From Balamuthia mandrillaris (lineage: Eukaryota), in assembly GCA_031835245.2 (NCBI GenBank), contig JAVKOQ020000107.1, positions 1 to 64,000 on the forward strand: 64,000 bases of DNA, given 5' to 3'. A program made the translations under genes and the position numbers. The notes below the pieces were generated by a model. The model was not told the DNA's origin and made no database searches. It saw only the letters and a program-made list of their open reading frames with translations. The first letter of the stretch is position 1; each line of letters begins with the position of its first letter. This document shows positions 61,309-64,000 of this stretch, piece by piece.

Positions 61309-62512
61309 TTAGTCATCCCATTCGTCGTCTTCGTTTCGGGTGGTGGAAGCGGCGTCGCCGACTGTCCTTCCTCGTTTTTTCAGCTCTTCCATCTCATAGA
61401 CGAGCACGTTATGCAGAAACTGTACGGCCTTCTGGGACATCACCAGACCTTCCATTGGGTTTGAGCCGGGCGGGTCATACAGATTTGGTGCCACCACAAT
61501 CGCTTTTATTGAAACGTAAGAGAAAATAGAGTCAGAAGGAGAAGAGAAAAGAAAACAGCAACTATATAGGAAAGAAAGAGCGAAGACGAGAAGAGGATAG
61601 GGCGAAAGAGGAAAAGCAAGAGAGAGAATCGTACATAGATTTTGTTCTGTCATCTTGTTGATCGCTTTTTGAGATGCGACCTCGGTGAGGAGGTTAAGCA
61701 ACCACCCCAACAAGGAGGCTTGAGGCTCAGGTAGGTCGAGGTAGGCCTCAATGCATACGCTCTGTTCGCCGCTGTTGAATATGGTCTCTGTGGGCAGTAC
61801 ATTTAGAACCGGTGTTGGCATCTCTCGGAACCACACCTTATGTATTTTTTTAAAGTTCGTTGAGAAAAAGAGAAAGATGAACGCAAAAGAAAGAGAGAAT
61901 GAAACCTTAATGAGATTTGCAATAGTGTTTGGATCTACATCAGTGTCTGAAAAGTTCTTTTCTTTGTTCATATTCTCCTTGATCCGCTTCATCTCATACG
62001 CCTTATTTATACAAAAAGTAAACAAAAAGAGCTAAACCTTGCAAATAATAAAACGGAGAGAAAGAGAAGAGAGAAGTGAAAAAAAAAAACAAAAACGCAC
62101 ATCTCCAGCCAACCGGAATATTCCCTCTTGTAGAAGGGCATTCTTATCTTTCAGAGCAGTTTTCATTTGAACAAGAATAGTTGGTACCTCAAAGCCTTTT
62201 TCAAGAAAAAAGTTATGCAAAAATAATAATAATAATAATAAAAGAATAATCACTTCTAACACGCAGCGTACCTGCATCCTCTGTGAGTTCAAGAGTTGTT
62301 GGGTCTACGCCGTACACACCTTGGTCCGCGTGCACGCGGACGTGTAGAAATAGCGTCTCCCCTCCTATTGTATTAATGTTGTCAATCAGTAAAGCAGCGA
62401 AGCAGGAGACCAGAGGGAGAAGAGAGAAGGGAGAAGAGAGAAGGGAATCAGAAGTCCAATTGTCCACAGGAGATTCAGACATATGCTTGTCTTTTGTTTT
62501 GGAATTCATCAT

Positions 62513-62543
<31 letters not shown>

Positions 62544-62587
62544 AGAAGGGGGACGAAACAAGAAACATCGAAAAGAAACAACGAAAC

Positions 62588-62619
<32 letters not shown>

Positions 62620-63305
62620 AGGGAGAGGGAGGGAGAGGGAGGGGAGAGAAACCAAGTATTCGAAGATTAACGCGGAAGTTCAAGCTTGCGGGTTCAAGCA
62701 ATACGAGTTTGGCTACAATCTTCTTCGTGTTTTTTTTCTGTAGTCATGAACAAGTTTCAAAAACAACAGCAACAAAATTCAGCCTTATACACAAGGTACA
62801 CAAAAAAGAAAAGGGAAGAGCCATAAAGAGTGAACATCAGTAGGAAGGCAGTAGGTGATATTTAATTTTGACTTCTTCACGATTTGTTTCAGCCACACCA
62901 TTCATCCGTTGGGTAACAGAGAAGCAGAGAGAGGGAGAAGCAGAGAAGAGAAGACGAAGAACAGCAGCAAGAGAACAAGAGAAGGAGGCAGCGAGAAGGA
63001 AAAACAGAGAATAAAGGAGAAGCAGATGAAGAACAAGGAACAAGAGGAACAAGAACAAGGAAAAAGGAGAGAAGTGACCAGAAAGAAAGAGCGGGAAGGA
63101 AAAGCGTGCCTTATCAAGAGAGCCGGTGGAGGGCTCAAAGGTGAGTTTGCAGGCACTGGTGGGGATGGGGTCAAAGCGGAACTTGATCTTTCTGGCAGAG
63201 TTATTGGTGAGGGTGAAGGTGTCGCTCATGGTCTCCCGAACGGGGCAGGCCCCGTCCCCCAGCCCAAAGTCTAACTCCTCCTTGGAGAGCTGCATCGGCA
63301 AAGAG

Positions 63306-63366
<61 letters not shown>

Positions 63367-63766
63367 TAACACCGAAAGAAAGGAAAATGAATGTAAATCG
63401 AAAGAAGCACAAAAGGGGGAAGAACAACAAGAACAAGAAGAACAAGAACAAGTAGAAGAAAAAAGGTACCACCAAGTCTTGTCTGCCTCCTTTCTCTTCT
63501 ATCACATTGGAGGAACAAAAAAAAGTAGAAGGAGAGAGAGAGAGAAGGGAAAGAGGGGGGTTAGAGCCGGATTGAATATCATATCATATCATATCCTTTG
63601 CAGAGCAGAAGAAAGAGCGGAGTGCGGGAGGAAAAAAAAAAGATATATCCGAACCCAACTCAGCAAGGCTCTCTTTTCGAACGCTGGTGACTTGCCCTTC
63701 GCCGCCGCCAGTACTGGTGGAAGAAGACCCCTCCTGCGGCCTCTTTTTGCTGTTTTTCGCTCCCAT
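61309..63766 (-). CDS. RhoGAP (Dictyostelium GacA/plant RopGAP-like) with N-myristoylation signal and an Ig-like N-terminal domain
   Basis: MGAKNSKK; FTLTNNSARKIKFRF (Ig/ASH-like); VPTILVQMK, EGIFRLAG arginine finger, LIKVWFREMP, NKMTEQNLAIVVAPNL. Confidence 0.9.
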
Positions 63767-63780
63767 CTTTCTTATTACAA

Positions 63781-63808
63781 CCGATCCGATCCGATCCGAT
63801 CCGATCCG
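63781..63808 (+). repeat. (CCGAT)n short tandem repeat just upstream of the RhoGAP start
   Basis: ccgatccgatccgatccgatccgatccg. Confidence 0.85.
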
Positions 63809-64000
63809 CGGCTTTCCTTGCTGCTTACTTTGCTCCGACAACAACAATCTAAAAGGCCAAAGACCAAAGGCCCAACGGGGACGGGGGATGGGGGAAGGGT
63901 AGAGCTGATGATGAGCTTTTCGAAGAGAGAAAAATAAAATAAAATAATAGAAACGATAATTTTTTTTTCTGTCTTTCTTTTTCGTTTTTTTTGTGCCCTA

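Overview
Gene-dense eukaryotic chromosomal DNA with about 25 protein-coding genes, short GT-AG introns often filled with (CT)n and other microsatellites, and mostly head-to-head gene pairs. The style suggests a free-living amoebozoan (Acanthamoeba/Balamuthia-like); this is inference only. Recognisable housekeeping genes: SEC12/PREB, SHMT, CDK5RAP3/C53, V-ATPase D, a glyoxylate reductase-like enzyme, CLEC16A, CCDC93, ZNF207/BuGZ, PP2A-C, Rpt2/PSMC1, an LYR protein, HRD1, YakA kinase, a HAT/TPR protein and a RhoGAP. Standout items: (1) a complete bacterial-type NAD+-dependent DNA ligase (LigA) with three spliceosomal introns and a mitochondrial-type presequence; (2) two tandem Kelch/Cys-rich surface proteins that are a patchwork of near-identical blocks (including introns) and highly divergent blocks; (3) a triplicated perfect B-box element just upstream of that pair; (4) a ~2.2 kb AT-rich, almost CpG-free island containing a frameshifted P-loop ATPase relic; (5) a candidate structured RNA at 12.74-13.11 kb. 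CDS coordinates span introns, and gene models were read by eye.
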